From Oscillospiraceae bacterium (lineage in GTDB: Bacteria > Bacillota > Clostridia > Oscillospirales > Oscillospiraceae), in the NCBI GenBank assembly GCA_015067665.1, contig SVLZ01000002.1, positions 9,603-73,602 of the forward strand: a stretch of 64,000 nucleotides of DNA, in the 5' to 3' direction. The notes beneath the pieces were generated by a model that saw only the letters and a program-made list of their open reading frames with translations, did not search any database and had not been told where the DNA came from. Of the stretch, positions 45,634-58,946 are shown one piece after another. Position numbers and translations under genes: made by a program. Position 1 is the first letter of the stretch, and the number at the start of each line of letters is the position of its first letter.

Positions 45634-47459
45634 TACGCACCCTCCTTATCTGTGTGAAAATGGGAATAGACTGCATAGGCGGCATTTTTCGGCAACACCT
45701 GCTCCAATTCCATAAGTGTGGCTTCCCGAATGGCGGTGATGGACTTAAACTTTTGAAGAAGCTGTTGCTTTCTCGTTTGACCAACACCGGTAATATTGTC
45801 CAACTCGGAGTATCGCACCCGCTTACTGCGGAGATTCTTTTGATAACCAATCGCAAAGCGGTGTGTCTCCTCCTGAATGGCTCCAACAAAAGAAAAGACA
45901 GACGGTTCTTTATCCAGCCGGATCTCCTCCCCTGTTGCTGTGATCAGCCCGCGGGTACGATGTCGGTCATCCTTGACCATGCCAAATACAGGGATGCTTA
46001 AACCTAACTGCATAAGCGCGTTTTGGGCAGTTGCAGCGTGGGTTGCACCACCGTCGATGAGCAGCAGCTCCGGCAAGTCAGCAAAGCCGGTATCACCGCT
46101 GCGATACCGTAAAAACCGCCTGGTTACGGCCTGAAACATAGATTCATAATCATCCGCCTGAGAAAGGCCCTGAATTTTGAATTTCTTATATTCACCGGGT
46201 TTCGGTTTTCCGTCAACAAAGACCACCATACCTGCAACAATATCGCTGCTGCCCAAGTTTGAAATATCAAAAGATTCAATGCGGTGCAGGTGTTCAATAC
46301 CAAGCATTTTCGATAGCAGACGGACACGTCCGGAGTAGTGGGCTTCTTTTTCTGTAAGCCGTTGGGCTTCCTCTCGGGCATTCTCGCAGGCGAGGAGAAG
46401 AAGCTTGTGATTATCCCCCCGTTGGGGTACATAAATTTGCGGTTTTTTCCCTGTTTTCTGCAGGATGAGTTGTTCCAAAAGCGCGGTTTCCTGCAACGGA
46501 AAGGGCAACAGCACCTTTCGCGGACCGGTTTCCCGATCTGCGTAGTACTGCGCGACCAGCGTAGATACAGCAGCCTCCCGATCTTCAGGCAAGGCGATTA
46601 CCTGATACTCTTTGTGAACTAAGCTGCCGTCATTATAGTGCAGTACCGTAAAGCAGGCCTTCGCTTCCGTTTCACCGTAACCAATCACATCCGTGTCGGT
46701 GTTTTGACCGGCAGTCACAAGCTGCTTCTGTCCCAGCTTCTGTACCGTGTTGAGCCGGTCCCGCAAAGCCGCGGCGAGTTCAAATTGCAGATCCTCTGCC
46801 GCCTGTAGCATTTGCTGCTGGATCACTGCAGCTACCTGCCTGTAGTTGCCCTCTAAGAGCATTTTTGCCTGCCGTATGGCATCCATATACGCGTCTTTCG
46901 TATGTCCCGGCATACACCAGCCAGCGCATTGCTGCATATGATAATGAAGGCAAGGACGGTCTTTGCCTATATCCCTGGGAAATTTACGGTTACATGATGG
47001 AAGAGAAAGAGCATTGTTAAGCTCCTCCACCAAGGCTTTCGTGGTACCACGGCTTCCAAAGGGGCCAAAGTACTGTGCACCATCATCTGCGATACCGGAA
47101 ACCATAGTGATTCTCGGATAGACCGCATTCATATCCAGCCGAATATAGGGATAGCCTTTTCCGTCTTTTAATAAAATATTATAACGGGGCATATGCCGCT
47201 TTATAAGGGAGCACTCCAAAATGAGCGCCTCAAATTCCGAAGCTGCCACGATCACATCAAAATCCGCAATTTTCTCCACCATTGCTCTTGTTTTGCGCGA
47301 ATGGGAGGCAGTATCCTGAAAATACTGAGAGACTCTGTTTTTCAGCTTTTTGGCTTTTCCCACATATATGACCGTCCCCTGCTTATCCCGCATAATGTAG
47401 ACACCGGGCGATAAAGGCAGAGTAAGGGCTTTCTCTTTACAAACCTCAAAAACATTCAT
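45633..47459 (-). CDS. uvrC: Excinuclease ABC subunit C
   Basis: PGVYIM..YVGKAKKLKNRVSQYF GIY-YIG domain, ESFDIS, LIDGG, HhH. Confidence 0.97.
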   Translation of the reverse strand: MNVFEVCKEKALTLPLSPGVYIMRDKQGTVIYVGKAKKLKNRVSQYFQDTASHSRKTRAMVEKIADFDVIVAASEFEALILECSLIKRHMPRYNILLKDGKGYPYIRLDMNAVYPRITMVSGIADDGAQYFGPFGSRGTTKALVEELNNALSLPSCNRKFPRDIGKDRPCLHYHMQQCAGWCMPGHTKDAYMDAIRQAKMLLEGNYRQVAAVIQQQMLQAAEDLQFELAAALRDRLNTVQKLGQKQLVTAGQNTDTDVIGYGETEAKACFTVLHYNDGSLVHKEYQVIALPEDREAAVSTLVAQYYADRETGPRKVLLPFPLQETALLEQLILQKTGKKPQIYVPQRGDNHKLLLLACENAREEAQRLTEKEAHYSGRVRLLSKMLGIEHLHRIESFDISNLGSSDIVAGMVVFVDGKPKPGEYKKFKIQGLSQADDYESMFQAVTRRFLRYRSGDTGFADLPELLLIDGGATHAATAQNALMQLGLSIPVFGMVKDDRHRTRGLITATGEEIRLDKEPSVFSFVGAIQEETHRFAIGYQKNLRSKRVRYSELDNITGVGQTRKQQLLQKFKSITAIREATLMELEQVLPKNAAYAVYSHFHTDKEGA

Positions 47460-47517
47460 AACTTGCTCCAAAAAATCCGCCTCAATGCAGCCGCATTGGG
47501 GCGGAAATATGTTGGGA

Positions 47518-47778
47518 TCAGGCGATGTCCTGCTGCAGCAGAGCTTCCAGCGCATCTACCGCTTCCTTCTCGTCTGGACCTTCGGCTGTCAGGGTCACAA
47601 CACTACCGGTCACAACACTCAGCGACATAACGCCCAGTAAGCTCTTTGCATTCATTCTTCTGCCTTCTGAAGTGAGATGAATGCTGCTGGAATAATCGTT
47701 TGCCTTTTGTACAAAGAGAGTGGCCTGCTTATTATAGAGGCCGGATTCGCAGCGAACAATAATTTCCTTGCTGTACAT
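47518..47778 (-). CDS. HPr-family protein with Tyr at position 15 (Crh-like)
   Basis: GLYNKQA replaces GLHARP; NAKS(46)LLG is conserved. Confidence 0.9.
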   Translation of the reverse strand: MYSKEIIVRCESGLYNKQATLFVQKANDYSSSIHLTSEGRRMNAKSLLGVMSLSVVTGSVVTLTAEGPDEKEAVDALEALLQQDIA

Positions 47779-47860
47779 AGTATTTTTACCTCGTATTCTG
47801 CCGTAACGGCATAATTATCTTTATATATGATACCAAATCTAAGGAAAAAGTCAACCCATT

Positions 47861-50236
47861 TTAACGAAATTCAGCTATGGTAACGCCATCTTCCCCTTCT
47901 CCATACACGCCAAGGCGGAAGGTTTTGACAAATTTATTCCGTTTTAAGGACTGATGAACAGCAGCACGAAGCGTACCGGTGCCCTTACCGTGGATGATGC
48001 GGACATTATGGGCATTGCCGCGCATTGCCTCGTCCATATAACGCTCTAAAACACAGATGGCCTCTACGGAATCCATTCCCCGAAGATCCACTTCCGATGC
48101 CGGAGCAGACAGATTCATTTCCCGTCCGGAATGGGCGGGGCGAGGGGCTTTCTGCTTATACGGATTTTCAAATTCCAGCAGGTAAACATCCTCCTGCTTT
48201 GCGGACATCTTTAGAATACCTGCTTGTAACTGGAGTGATCCGTCCTTATTGATGGCGATCACACTTGCCTTTGTGCCCAGCTTCAGCAGTTCTACCGTGT
48301 CACCGACCAGAATGCCTCTGGAAGGCTTTGGACGGACTTTTTCCTGCTGACCGGCACGGATGCGCTCCTCAGCTTCATTGAGGCTCTTACGCAACTCTGT
48401 TTGACGCTGGTTGACATTGGAGGCATCCCCTTCTGTCAGTTGCTTGCGAAGCGCTTTGAGTTCATCGCTGGCAGCGTTGGCAGCCCGACGTGCTTCTTCA
48501 ATGATGCTTTGGGCTTCCCTGCGGGCTTGCTCCAGCGCCTTCTCCCGTTCCCGGTCAAGCTGCTGACGGTAGGCTTCGCTCTTTGCCTTGATATTGGCGG
48601 TTTCCTGACGAAGCTGTTCAGCCTCCAAACGGGCGCTCTCCATTTGCTGTCTTTGTTCTTCCAGCTGACCGAGTACCGATTCAAAATCCCGGTCACTTTG
48701 ACCGACTAAGTCGTTGGCTTCCTTCAAAATATCCTCAGAAAGACCGAGCTTTCTGGAGATAGCAAAAGCGTTGGACTTGCCGGGAATGCCGATGAGCAGC
48801 TTATAGGTCGGTTGTAGCGTCTCTACGTTAAACTCGCAAGAAGCATTGATGACACCCTCGGTACGCATCGCATATAGCTTTAATTCTGCGTAGTGCGTCG
48901 TGGCCATAACGTGGCTGCCCAGCTTGCGGCAGTATTCGATCAGCGCAATGGCAAGCGCTGCACCCTCAGCCGGGTCAGTACCTGCACCAAGCTCATCAAA
49001 AAGCACCAGTGTCCGGTCATTGCAGCATTCTACAATTTCTACAATGGTACGCATATGACTGGAAAAAGTCGAAAGACTTTGGGCAATAGACTGCTCGTCA
49101 CCAATATCCGCAAGGATCGCTTCAAAGGTAGAAAGCTGGCTGCCGTCACCGGCCGGGATGTGCAGACCGCACTCAGCCATAAGCGTCAGGAGGCCGACCG
49201 TTTTTAATGTGACCGTCTTACCGCCCGTATTGGGACCGGTAATGATCATAGAGTCGAAATCACCGCCAAGATGAACGGAGATGGGTACAACCTTCTTTGG
49301 GTCGATCAGCGGGTGCCGGGCTTTTCGCAGATCCACCTTGCCCTGATCGTTCATAATTGGCGCCCAAGCGCGCATACGGTAGGCAAGTCGGGCTTTGGCA
49401 AAGATCACGTCCAAACGGACGAGCAGCATGCAGTTCTGCAGAATTTCCTCCTGTCTTTCAGCTACCTCCGCGCTCATTTCCGACAGAATGCGCGCAATTT
49501 CCTTCTGCTCCTGCAGCTCCAGTTCGCGAAGGGCATTGTTGGCATTGACTGCCGACATAGGCTCAATAAAATAAGTGGAACCGGTAGCAGAAACATCATG
49601 TACAAGACCGGGCACATCGTTTTTGCATTCGCTCTTGACAGGTACAACGTACCGTCCCTGACGGATCGTGATGATGGGTTCCCGCAGCAACTTTGCGTAT
49701 GCAGGAGAGGAGATTACTTTTTGGAGTGAATCCTTGATCTTTGCGCTTTGGATGCGCATATGGCGGCGAATATCCGCGAGGGCAGAGCTTGCATTGTCGG
49801 CAATCTCTTCTTCGGAGAGAATTGCGCCAAAGATCTTGTCTTCTAAATACTTATTAGGGCTCAGCATCCGGAACATAGGGTCAAGCACCGTATCCTTCTC
49901 ATCGTCGGATATGTAGCTTTTCACTGTTCTGGTGCAACGCAATACTTCGGCGATGGCCAAAAGTTCCATAGGATGCAGCGTACCGCCCCGATGGGCGCGG
50001 TCCAGCGCAGGTGCAACATTTTTAACTCCTGAAAAGCTGGGGTTTCCCTTTCGTGTGCAAAGGTCTACCGCTGCTGTGGTTTCCGCAAGTAAAATATTCA
50101 CATCCTCCAAATCGGACGTTGGTAGTAACGCTCTGCAAGCTTCCTTACCCTCTTCGCTGCCTGCGCAGTCGGCAAGCTGAGAGAGAATTTGATCAAGCTC
50201 TAATTTATGCAGAGATTTTTCGTATAGTTTTAACAT
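47861..50236 (-). CDS. mutS2: Endonuclease MutS2
   Basis: ITGPNTGGKT, QSLSTFSSH, DELGAGTDP, C-terminal Smr IIHGKGTG. Confidence 0.97.
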   Translation of the reverse strand: MLKLYEKSLHKLELDQILSQLADCAGSEEGKEACRALLPTSDLEDVNILLAETTAAVDLCTRKGNPSFSGVKNVAPALDRAHRGGTLHPMELLAIAEVLRCTRTVKSYISDDEKDTVLDPMFRMLSPNKYLEDKIFGAILSEEEIADNASSALADIRRHMRIQSAKIKDSLQKVISSPAYAKLLREPIITIRQGRYVVPVKSECKNDVPGLVHDVSATGSTYFIEPMSAVNANNALRELELQEQKEIARILSEMSAEVAERQEEILQNCMLLVRLDVIFAKARLAYRMRAWAPIMNDQGKVDLRKARHPLIDPKKVVPISVHLGGDFDSMIITGPNTGGKTVTLKTVGLLTLMAECGLHIPAGDGSQLSTFEAILADIGDEQSIAQSLSTFSSHMRTIVEIVECCNDRTLVLFDELGAGTDPAEGAALAIALIEYCRKLGSHVMATTHYAELKLYAMRTEGVINASCEFNVETLQPTYKLLIGIPGKSNAFAISRKLGLSEDILKEANDLVGQSDRDFESVLGQLEEQRQQMESARLEAEQLRQETANIKAKSEAYRQQLDREREKALEQARREAQSIIEEARRAANAASDELKALRKQLTEGDASNVNQRQTELRKSLNEAEERIRAGQQEKVRPKPSRGILVGDTVELLKLGTKASVIAINKDGSLQLQAGILKMSAKQEDVYLLEFENPYKQKAPRPAHSGREMNLSAPASEVDLRGMDSVEAICVLERYMDEAMRGNAHNVRIIHGKGTGTLRAAVHQSLKRNKFVKTFRLGVYGEGEDGVTIAEFR

Positions 50237-50248
50237 GATAACTCCTAA

Positions 50249-51001
50249 CTATATGGTAGTTGTCAGTAGAGATTTATAAAAATCGAGAGCAGAAAAGCCC
50301 CGCTCCAGTTGGGTGCATAGATAGCTTTCAGTTAATTGGGATAAAGCAGAAAGGGTTTCCTCGCCGGCCTGAAAGGAAAAGAGCTTTTTGGGATGGCAGG
50401 CACAGATATACCGCATAGCAGCAAGCATACTTTCACTTACCGGATAGCGGATACCCTTAGAATCGGGATCCCGGCAAGTAGTGCACTGCAGTATTCCCTG
50501 GGAAATATCCAAATACTGTGGTATCTCCGCACCGCAATGGCCACAGCCGCTAAGATCCGGCTCATATCCGGAAAGTGAAGCGCAGCGCAGCTCAAATACG
50601 GATTTAATCTGCAAATGGGATATATGCGTGGAGGCAACGGCATATAGACAGTTCAAAATAAGTGATAGAAGCTCTCCGTTAGGCGCATCCTCAAGAGATA
50701 CCACATCTGCCACCTGTGCGAAGTATGTACCCAAGGACAGCGCAACAATATCCTTGTGCAGTCCTTGGAACAGCTCTATGCTATGGGCTTCATTAACCGT
50801 ATACATTCCTTTGTAAGAAAAGAGCGTGTACTCTCCATAAGCAAGAAGCTGACAAGGCGCAATCAGCGGGCTGTTCTTACGACGCAGTCCCCGCGCCTTT
50901 ACTGTCAGCTTTCCCTGATCCTCCGTAAGGAGCGTCAGGATCGCGTCCGTTTCTTTATATGGATTGACGCGCAGTACAAGCCCCCGTACTGTCAGATACA
51001 T
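50249..51001 (-). CDS. recO: DNA repair protein RecO
   Basis: GLVLR..YKETD, CGHCG..CTTC zinc finger; follows era-yqzL. Confidence 0.93.
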   Translation of the reverse strand: MYLTVRGLVLRVNPYKETDAILTLLTEDQGKLTVKARGLRRKNSPLIAPCQLLAYGEYTLFSYKGMYTVNEAHSIELFQGLHKDIVALSLGTYFAQVADVVSLEDAPNGELLSLILNCLYAVASTHISHLQIKSVFELRCASLSGYEPDLSGCGHCGAEIPQYLDISQGILQCTTCRDPDSKGIRYPVSESMLAAMRYICACHPKKLFSFQAGEETLSALSQLTESYLCTQLERGFSALDFYKSLLTTTI

Positions 51002-51101
51002 ATTGCTCCTCCGACCTTTTCGCTTCCTGATAGTAAACATACATTTCCGGTGCCCCGGTATCTAAGAACAAGTCCCAAAAAAACGCAGAATTCATTTCCA
51101 T
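50955..51101 (-). CDS. YqzL-like small protein (48 aa, not in ORF track)
   Basis: MEMNSAFFWDLFLDTGAPEMYVYY; GGAGG RBS; located between era and recO. Confidence 0.65.
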   Translation of the reverse strand: MEMNSAFFWDLFLDTGAPEMYVYYQEAKRSEEQYVSDSTGACTARQSI

Positions 51102-51149
51102 CCCTCCGACAATAGGATTTACCGTATTCCCGGAAGATACCCTTGGAAA

Positions 51150-52037
51150 TTATTCTCTGTAACCGAAATTTCGCACGAGAAAATCGCTGTCCCGCCAGTT
51201 CTCTTTGACCTTTACCCAAGTGGTCAAGAATACCTTCGTACCCATAAAGCGCTCACAATCCTGTCGGGCAGAGGCGGAAATCTTCTTCAGCATCTCGCCG
51301 CCCTTACCGATGATAATGCCCTTGTGGCTGGCTTTTTCACAATAAATGGTGGCATCTATATCGATAATGCCGTTATCCCGCTCTGTAAAACGGGTGATTT
51401 CCACAGCAGTTCCGTGGGGAATTTCCCGGTCCAGGTTCCAAAGAAGCTTCTCCCGGATGATTTCCGCCATTACCTGTCGCTCCGGCTGATCGGTGGTAAT
51501 ATCCTCCGGGAACAGGAACGGTCCTTCTTCAGCATATGCACTGCAAATATCCAAAAGTGCATCCACACCATCACCCGTCCGGGCAGAAATAGGAATGATC
51601 GCCTTAAAATCTGCCACCTTGCTGTAGGCATCGATCACAGAGAGCAGACTTTCTTTTTCTACGGTATCGATCTTATTGATCGCAAGCACAACGGGGCATT
51701 TTTTGCCGCTGAGCTGCTGGATAAGAACCTCCTCCTGTGTGCCTACAGATGCAATGGGCTCTACAACAAGAACGGTTAAGTCCACATCAGAAATAGATTC
51801 CTTTGTGACCTCTACCATATAATCTCCCAGCTTTGTACGAGGCTTATGGAAGCCCGGTGTATCCACGAAAACAAACTGGGTGTCTTCCTTTGTGACAATG
51901 CCGCAGATCCGATTGCGGGTAGTCTGGGGCTTATTGGATACGATTGCAATTTTCTCGCCCACCAAATAATTGGTCAGGGTGGACTTGCCTACGTTCGGAC
52001 GGCCGGCAATGGCAATCATTGCAGTTTTTGTAGCCAT
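51150..52037 (-). CDS. era: GTPase Era
   Basis: GRPNVGKST, PQTTR, DTPG, NKID, KH domain IIGKGG. Confidence 0.97.
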   Translation of the reverse strand: MATKTAMIAIAGRPNVGKSTLTNYLVGEKIAIVSNKPQTTRNRICGIVTKEDTQFVFVDTPGFHKPRTKLGDYMVEVTKESISDVDLTVLVVEPIASVGTQEEVLIQQLSGKKCPVVLAINKIDTVEKESLLSVIDAYSKVADFKAIIPISARTGDGVDALLDICSAYAEEGPFLFPEDITTDQPERQVMAEIIREKLLWNLDREIPHGTAVEITRFTERDNGIIDIDATIYCEKASHKGIIIGKGGEMLKKISASARQDCERFMGTKVFLTTWVKVKENWRDSDFLVRNFGYRE

Positions 52038-52057
52038 AATTCTCTCCTCTGTATGTC

Positions 52058-52561
52058 TCAGTTTCGTTTCATTCCGGGAATGGTGGAGGCGATCTCCTCT
52101 TCCCTTTTGCGCATTTGCGCCTTTTGCGGACCGTCATCCATATGGTCGTATCCCAAAAGATGAAGCATCGAATGAATGGTTAAATAACCAATCTCTCTGC
52201 GCAAGCTGTGGCCATAGGCCTTTGCCTGCGCCTCTGCCCGTTGGAGAGAGATGCACATATCGCCCAAAGGGCACAGTCCGGTCTCCGGATCTAAGTATGG
52301 TTTCCAATCATCGATTTTCTCACCGGGGGTCAACTGGAACATAGGAAAGCTTAAAACATCCGTGGTTCTATCCAAATCCCGATTAGCGCGATTAACCGCC
52401 CGGATGCCTTCGTCATCGGTCACTAACACATTAATTTCGCAGGTAACCGGAATATTCTCCGCAATCATAACAGCTTCAATTGCTCTGCTGATCACCGCAG
52501 AAACAAAAGGTCTTTTCAAAGAAAAACAAGAAAACGCCAGTGATAATTTCGGTTTTGCCAT
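52058..52561 (-). CDS. ybeY: rRNA maturation RNase YbeY
   Basis: TDVLSFP, HSMLHLLGYDH. Confidence 0.95.
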   Translation of the reverse strand: MAKPKLSLAFSCFSLKRPFVSAVISRAIEAVMIAENIPVTCEINVLVTDDEGIRAVNRANRDLDRTTDVLSFPMFQLTPGEKIDDWKPYLDPETGLCPLGDMCISLQRAEAQAKAYGHSLRREIGYLTIHSMLHLLGYDHMDDGPQKAQMRKREEEIASTIPGMKRN

Positions 52562-53577
52562 TATTTTCTCCTCGCTTCCGTAGATTTCTTGTTAACGGTG
52601 GGTATCGCCTTACGGTCCGCCCGCTCGTAAGCGGAAATGATCTCCTGCACCAATGCGTGACGCACCACGTCTGCCGCTGTCAATTTACATACCGCAATGT
52701 CCTTCACATCTTCCAGTACCCGAATGGCGTCCTTCAGTCCGGAAGTCTTATCGGCAGGAAGGTCGATCTGGGTCACGTCACCGGTTATTACGATCTTTGA
52801 GCCAAATCCGAGGCGGGTCAGGAACATCTTCATCTGCTCCTTTGTTGTGTTCTGTGCTTCATCAAGAATGATGAAGCTGTCATCCAGCGTTCGGCCACGC
52901 ATATAGGCCAGTGGCGCAACTTCGATAGAGCCTTTTTCCTGATACTTTTGAAAAGTTTCCGGTCCGAGCATATCATAAAGCGCATCGTAAAGCGGACGAA
53001 GATAAGGGTCCACTTTATTTTGCAGATCTCCTGGCAGGAAGCCAAGACGTTCGCCTGCTTCCACCGCTGGCCGGGTCAAAATAATGCGATTAACAGTCCG
53101 CTCCCGGAATGCTGCCACTGCAGCAGCTACTGCAAGGTAAGTTTTACCGGTGCCGGCTGGACCTACGCCGATGGTAACCGTGTTTTTCATAATGGCCTTA
53201 ATGTATTTTTGCTGACCGACTGTTTTTGCCTTAATTGGCTTTCCCTTCGCAGTGATGCAGACTACATCTTTTGCCATTTGCGCAACCTGGTCGTCATTGC
53301 CCTCGCTGACTAAAGTGGTCAAGTAGCGTACCCGTTGTTCATCGATGCTTTCGCCCTTTGCTGCCAGTAGCAAAAGACCCTCTAAGGTGCGCGCTGCTTT
53401 GTCAGCACTTTCCGGATCACCGGAGATTTTCAGCTCTGTGTCCCTGTTGACGATCGTGACACCAAATGTCTCCTCGATCCTGCGTATATTTTCATCGAAC
53501 GATCCGAATACGCTGATCAGATCCTCCACCCGCTCCGCGTTTACAATTCTTTCTGCTTGTTTTGTCATGGATTCCAT
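52561..53577 (-). CDS. phoH: PhoH family protein
   Basis: GPAGTGKT, RPAVEAGERLGFLPG, YMRGRT, LDEAQN. Confidence 0.95.
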   Translation of the reverse strand: MESMTKQAERIVNAERVEDLISVFGSFDENIRRIEETFGVTIVNRDTELKISGDPESADKAARTLEGLLLLAAKGESIDEQRVRYLTTLVSEGNDDQVAQMAKDVVCITAKGKPIKAKTVGQQKYIKAIMKNTVTIGVGPAGTGKTYLAVAAAVAAFRERTVNRIILTRPAVEAGERLGFLPGDLQNKVDPYLRPLYDALYDMLGPETFQKYQEKGSIEVAPLAYMRGRTLDDSFIILDEAQNTTKEQMKMFLTRLGFGSKIVITGDVTQIDLPADKTSGLKDAIRVLEDVKDIAVCKLTAADVVRHALVQEIISAYERADRKAIPTVNKKSTEARRK

Positions 53578-54728
53578 AGCTCCTCATTTGTTGTGCAGCC
53601 GATCATTTCCAAGCATCCATACCGTCCGGAAATGCAGCAAATATCATCCTGTTCGGAAAAAGAAACAGATGCAGTTAATATCGATCCGGCGATCATTTGT
53701 GATTTCAGATACTGCCGTGATGCTGTCTCTAAAAATGCAAAATCTTCGCCCTTTACCGTAGCAGTATCGTAATACAGCACTTCTATCTTGACTATTGCGA
53801 TTGGCAGTATGTAACCACCCGGCAAAGCGATAAACGTCTTTTTATACATTTTAACACATGACGTATGTAAAATTCCACTATCTTTATAGAAATTTATTTG
53901 TTTTTTTCCAATAATCAGGCTAAATTTTTCCTCTCTTCGCTGAAATTTTCTGCGATTAAGGCCGGTAGTGAGGGTAACTGTGTCAAACGAACGCTCTGTA
54001 TGTCCGTATATTTCCGCCTCTGCGCCGGTGAATTTCAGTGAAAGTCCGTAATCCTTATACCCGGATACAAGGAGCTGCCCCGCTTTTACCGCCTGTCCCA
54101 CCCGGCATAATTGGGTCCCGCGCAGAACGGTAATACCCTGAATGATCGCATCTTGCGAGGCAATGATATTGCCTTTCGGAGACTCCTCTTTTACTTCCCC
54201 TTCCTGTCGTTCTCTAACGGAGATCACAGCAACACACCCTTTTGTGTTCACGCCGACCCATTGCAACTGTGGAATCTTTTCAAGAAGTCCGTTTTTAACC
54301 CGCTCACTGCGAACCTGCCGCCGACTGGCACCAAACAGAATGCCGCACCCCTCCGCTGCTTCTATAATCTGCCGATCAGAAACTATACGATTGCCCTCAA
54401 CTTGTATAAAGAATACGCGGCTGGGAACCGCCATCACAAATAATATATACAGCGCAATTCCGACGCTCAACAACGGTCGGCGCAGTAATTCTTTTAATTG
54501 CCAATATGTCCCTTTTCGCTTTATTACCTCAATCTTTGCGCCGCTACCTTCCAAAAGGCGGCATAAGCGCCTATAATCCCCTCTTAATATGTCCAATTCA
54601 ACGGTTAATTCATTTATATACCGAAGCGTGGAGATCGTAATATTCGCTCTTGTTAGCCGATTCAGTGTACCACCAATATCTGCACTTGTGAGCCGCAAAG
54701 CAATACAACCGGATAATGAACGCCACAT
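53565..54728 (-). CDS. yqfD: Sporulation protein YqfD
   Basis: Single TM, VKAGQLLVSG; yqfC-yqfD-phoH synteny. Confidence 0.85.
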   Translation of the reverse strand: MWRSLSGCIALRLTSADIGGTLNRLTRANITISTLRYINELTVELDILRGDYRRLCRLLEGSGAKIEVIKRKGTYWQLKELLRRPLLSVGIALYILFVMAVPSRVFFIQVEGNRIVSDRQIIEAAEGCGILFGASRRQVRSERVKNGLLEKIPQLQWVGVNTKGCVAVISVRERQEGEVKEESPKGNIIASQDAIIQGITVLRGTQLCRVGQAVKAGQLLVSGYKDYGLSLKFTGAEAEIYGHTERSFDTVTLTTGLNRRKFQRREEKFSLIIGKKQINFYKDSGILHTSCVKMYKKTFIALPGGYILPIAIVKIEVLYYDTATVKGEDFAFLETASRQYLKSQMIAGSILTASVSFSEQDDICCISGRYGCLEMIGCTTNEELWNP

Positions 54729-54732
54729 GCAA

Positions 54733-55023
54733 TCACCGCCTTTTGCAAAGAATCACATTCTCTACACACCCGGAAATAATCAACTGCTCCTTATTCATAC
54801 GCATTAGCCGCAGGTCTCTTCCGCATACACGGACACAGCCGTAGGAAACACGAATGCATATTTCCGTATCTCCATATTGCACCACACCGCGATGATTCTC
54901 GATAAGTACCCGCTGCTGACCGACCAGCTCCACAATTGGCTGACCAGGCAATGGTTCACCGGGAAGATCGATTGCATAGGCCATTTTGTCAAGAAGGTTC
55001 CCCTTATGCTTCAAATTGATCAA
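54733..55023 (-). CDS. yqfC: YabP/YqfC family sporulation protein
   Basis: VLIENHRGVVQY, LIISG. Confidence 0.85.
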   Translation of the reverse strand: MINLKHKGNLLDKMAYAIDLPGEPLPGQPIVELVGQQRVLIENHRGVVQYGDTEICIRVSYGCVRVCGRDLRLMRMNKEQLIISGCVENVILCKRR

Positions 55024-55097
55024 CTCCTTTTTCTAATTCTATGGCAGGAGGTGATGATATTTGCTACCGCCGCATAGTTTCTTATAGGGGTGATCGA

Positions 55098-55988
55098 ATG
55101 AAAACCAAGAGAACGTTGACCGTTGCGATCTGTGCAGTCGGTACGCTGCTGCTGATTGTGGATGCAAAAACCGCACTCAATTCTGCAGCAGATGCCATCG
55201 GACTTTGTACAGCAGTAGTTGTTCCCTCGCTGTTCCCGTTTTTTGTCCTATCCGTCGTTATGAATAACGTGCTTTCAGGTGCGAAGATTCCGTTGCTGCG
55301 TCCTATTTCCAGTTTATGCCGCATCCCGCAAGGGGCAGAATCTATCCTGCTTCTTGGACTGATCGGTGGCTACCCTGTTGGTGCTGCAGGCATCGCACAG
55401 GCATACCAATCAGGCGCACTGAGTAAAAAGGACAGCGAGCGGATGCTTTCCTTTTGTAACAATGCAGGACCGGCATTTATTTTTGGACTTTTGTCGCCTG
55501 TATTAGGGCGAGTGGAGCTGTGCTGGGCGCTGTGGATCATACATATTCTATCTGCAATTGCAGTTGGCACGGCAATGCCCGGAGGCAGCAAGGAAACTGC
55601 TTCAGCCCATTGCGTAAAAACCCTTACCGTCGCGCAGGCGATGCAAATGGCCGTCAGAAATATGGCAACAGTTTGCGGCTGGGTCATTATGTTTCGTGTT
55701 ATGTTGGGATTCATAAGCCACTGGTTTTTGTGGCTCGCTTCTCCAGTCCTCCGAAGTATCATTGCCGGCATTTTTGAACTGTCAAACGGTTGTCTGTCAC
55801 TAATTCAAATTGAAAACACATCGCTGCGTTTTCTATGCGCCTCCGGCTTTCTTTCATTTGGCGGCATCTGCGTCAGTATGCAAACTGCCTCAGTCACCGG
55901 TGGTCTGTCGCTGCGAAAATACTACATTGGAAAAACGCTTCAAACGATTCTCAGCCTGCTATTAGGTGTGATTTTCCTTTCGCTGTAA
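55098..55988 (+). CDS. ylbJ: Sporulation integral membrane protein YlbJ-like
   Basis: VVPSLFPF, GGYPVGA, NNAGPAFI, FELSNG, FGGICVSMQ. Confidence 0.85.
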   Translation: MKTKRTLTVAICAVGTLLLIVDAKTALNSAADAIGLCTAVVVPSLFPFFVLSVVMNNVLSGAKIPLLRPISSLCRIPQGAESILLLGLIGGYPVGAAGIAQAYQSGALSKKDSERMLSFCNNAGPAFIFGLLSPVLGRVELCWALWIIHILSAIAVGTAMPGGSKETASAHCVKTLTVAQAMQMAVRNMATVCGWVIMFRVMLGFISHWFLWLASPVLRSIIAGIFELSNGCLSLIQIENTSLRFLCASGFLSFGGICVSMQTASVTGGLSLRKYYIGKTLQTILSLLLGVIFLSL

Positions 55989-56058
55989 AATAGCAGTAGC
56001 TTTTTCGGAATTATTGCAGTATAATAGAGAAAAATCCCGTCATAGATGAGGTATTATT

Positions 56059-56268
56059 ATGCTGTTTCGAAAGAAGATTCAAAAGGACTGTGTCTACTGC
56101 CAGCACGCAAAAGCAAGTGGCAAAAAGGAAATCTTATGTACAAAACGGAGAAACCGAGCGGTTACAAAGCCATGCCTGCGGTTCAAATACGACCCCTGCA
56201 AACGAATTCCTCCCCGTCCCAAAGCACCCAATTTTGCCGCCTATAAGGATGGCGATTTCACACTGTAA
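56059..56268 (+). CDS. Small Cys-rich conserved hypothetical protein
   Basis: CVYCQH...C...C..FKYDP.KR.P; GAGGT RBS. Confidence 0.7.
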   Translation: MLFRKKIQKDCVYCQHAKASGKKEILCTKRRNRAVTKPCLRFKYDPCKRIPPRPKAPNFAAYKDGDFTL

Positions 56269-56303
56269 CGCAATTACCCGGATGCTGTGCATCCGGGTAA
56301 TTT

Positions 56304-58902
<2,599 letters not shown>

Positions 58903-58946
58903 GCCAATCCCTCCCCGGACAGTATATGCTGTCGGGGATAAAAACG

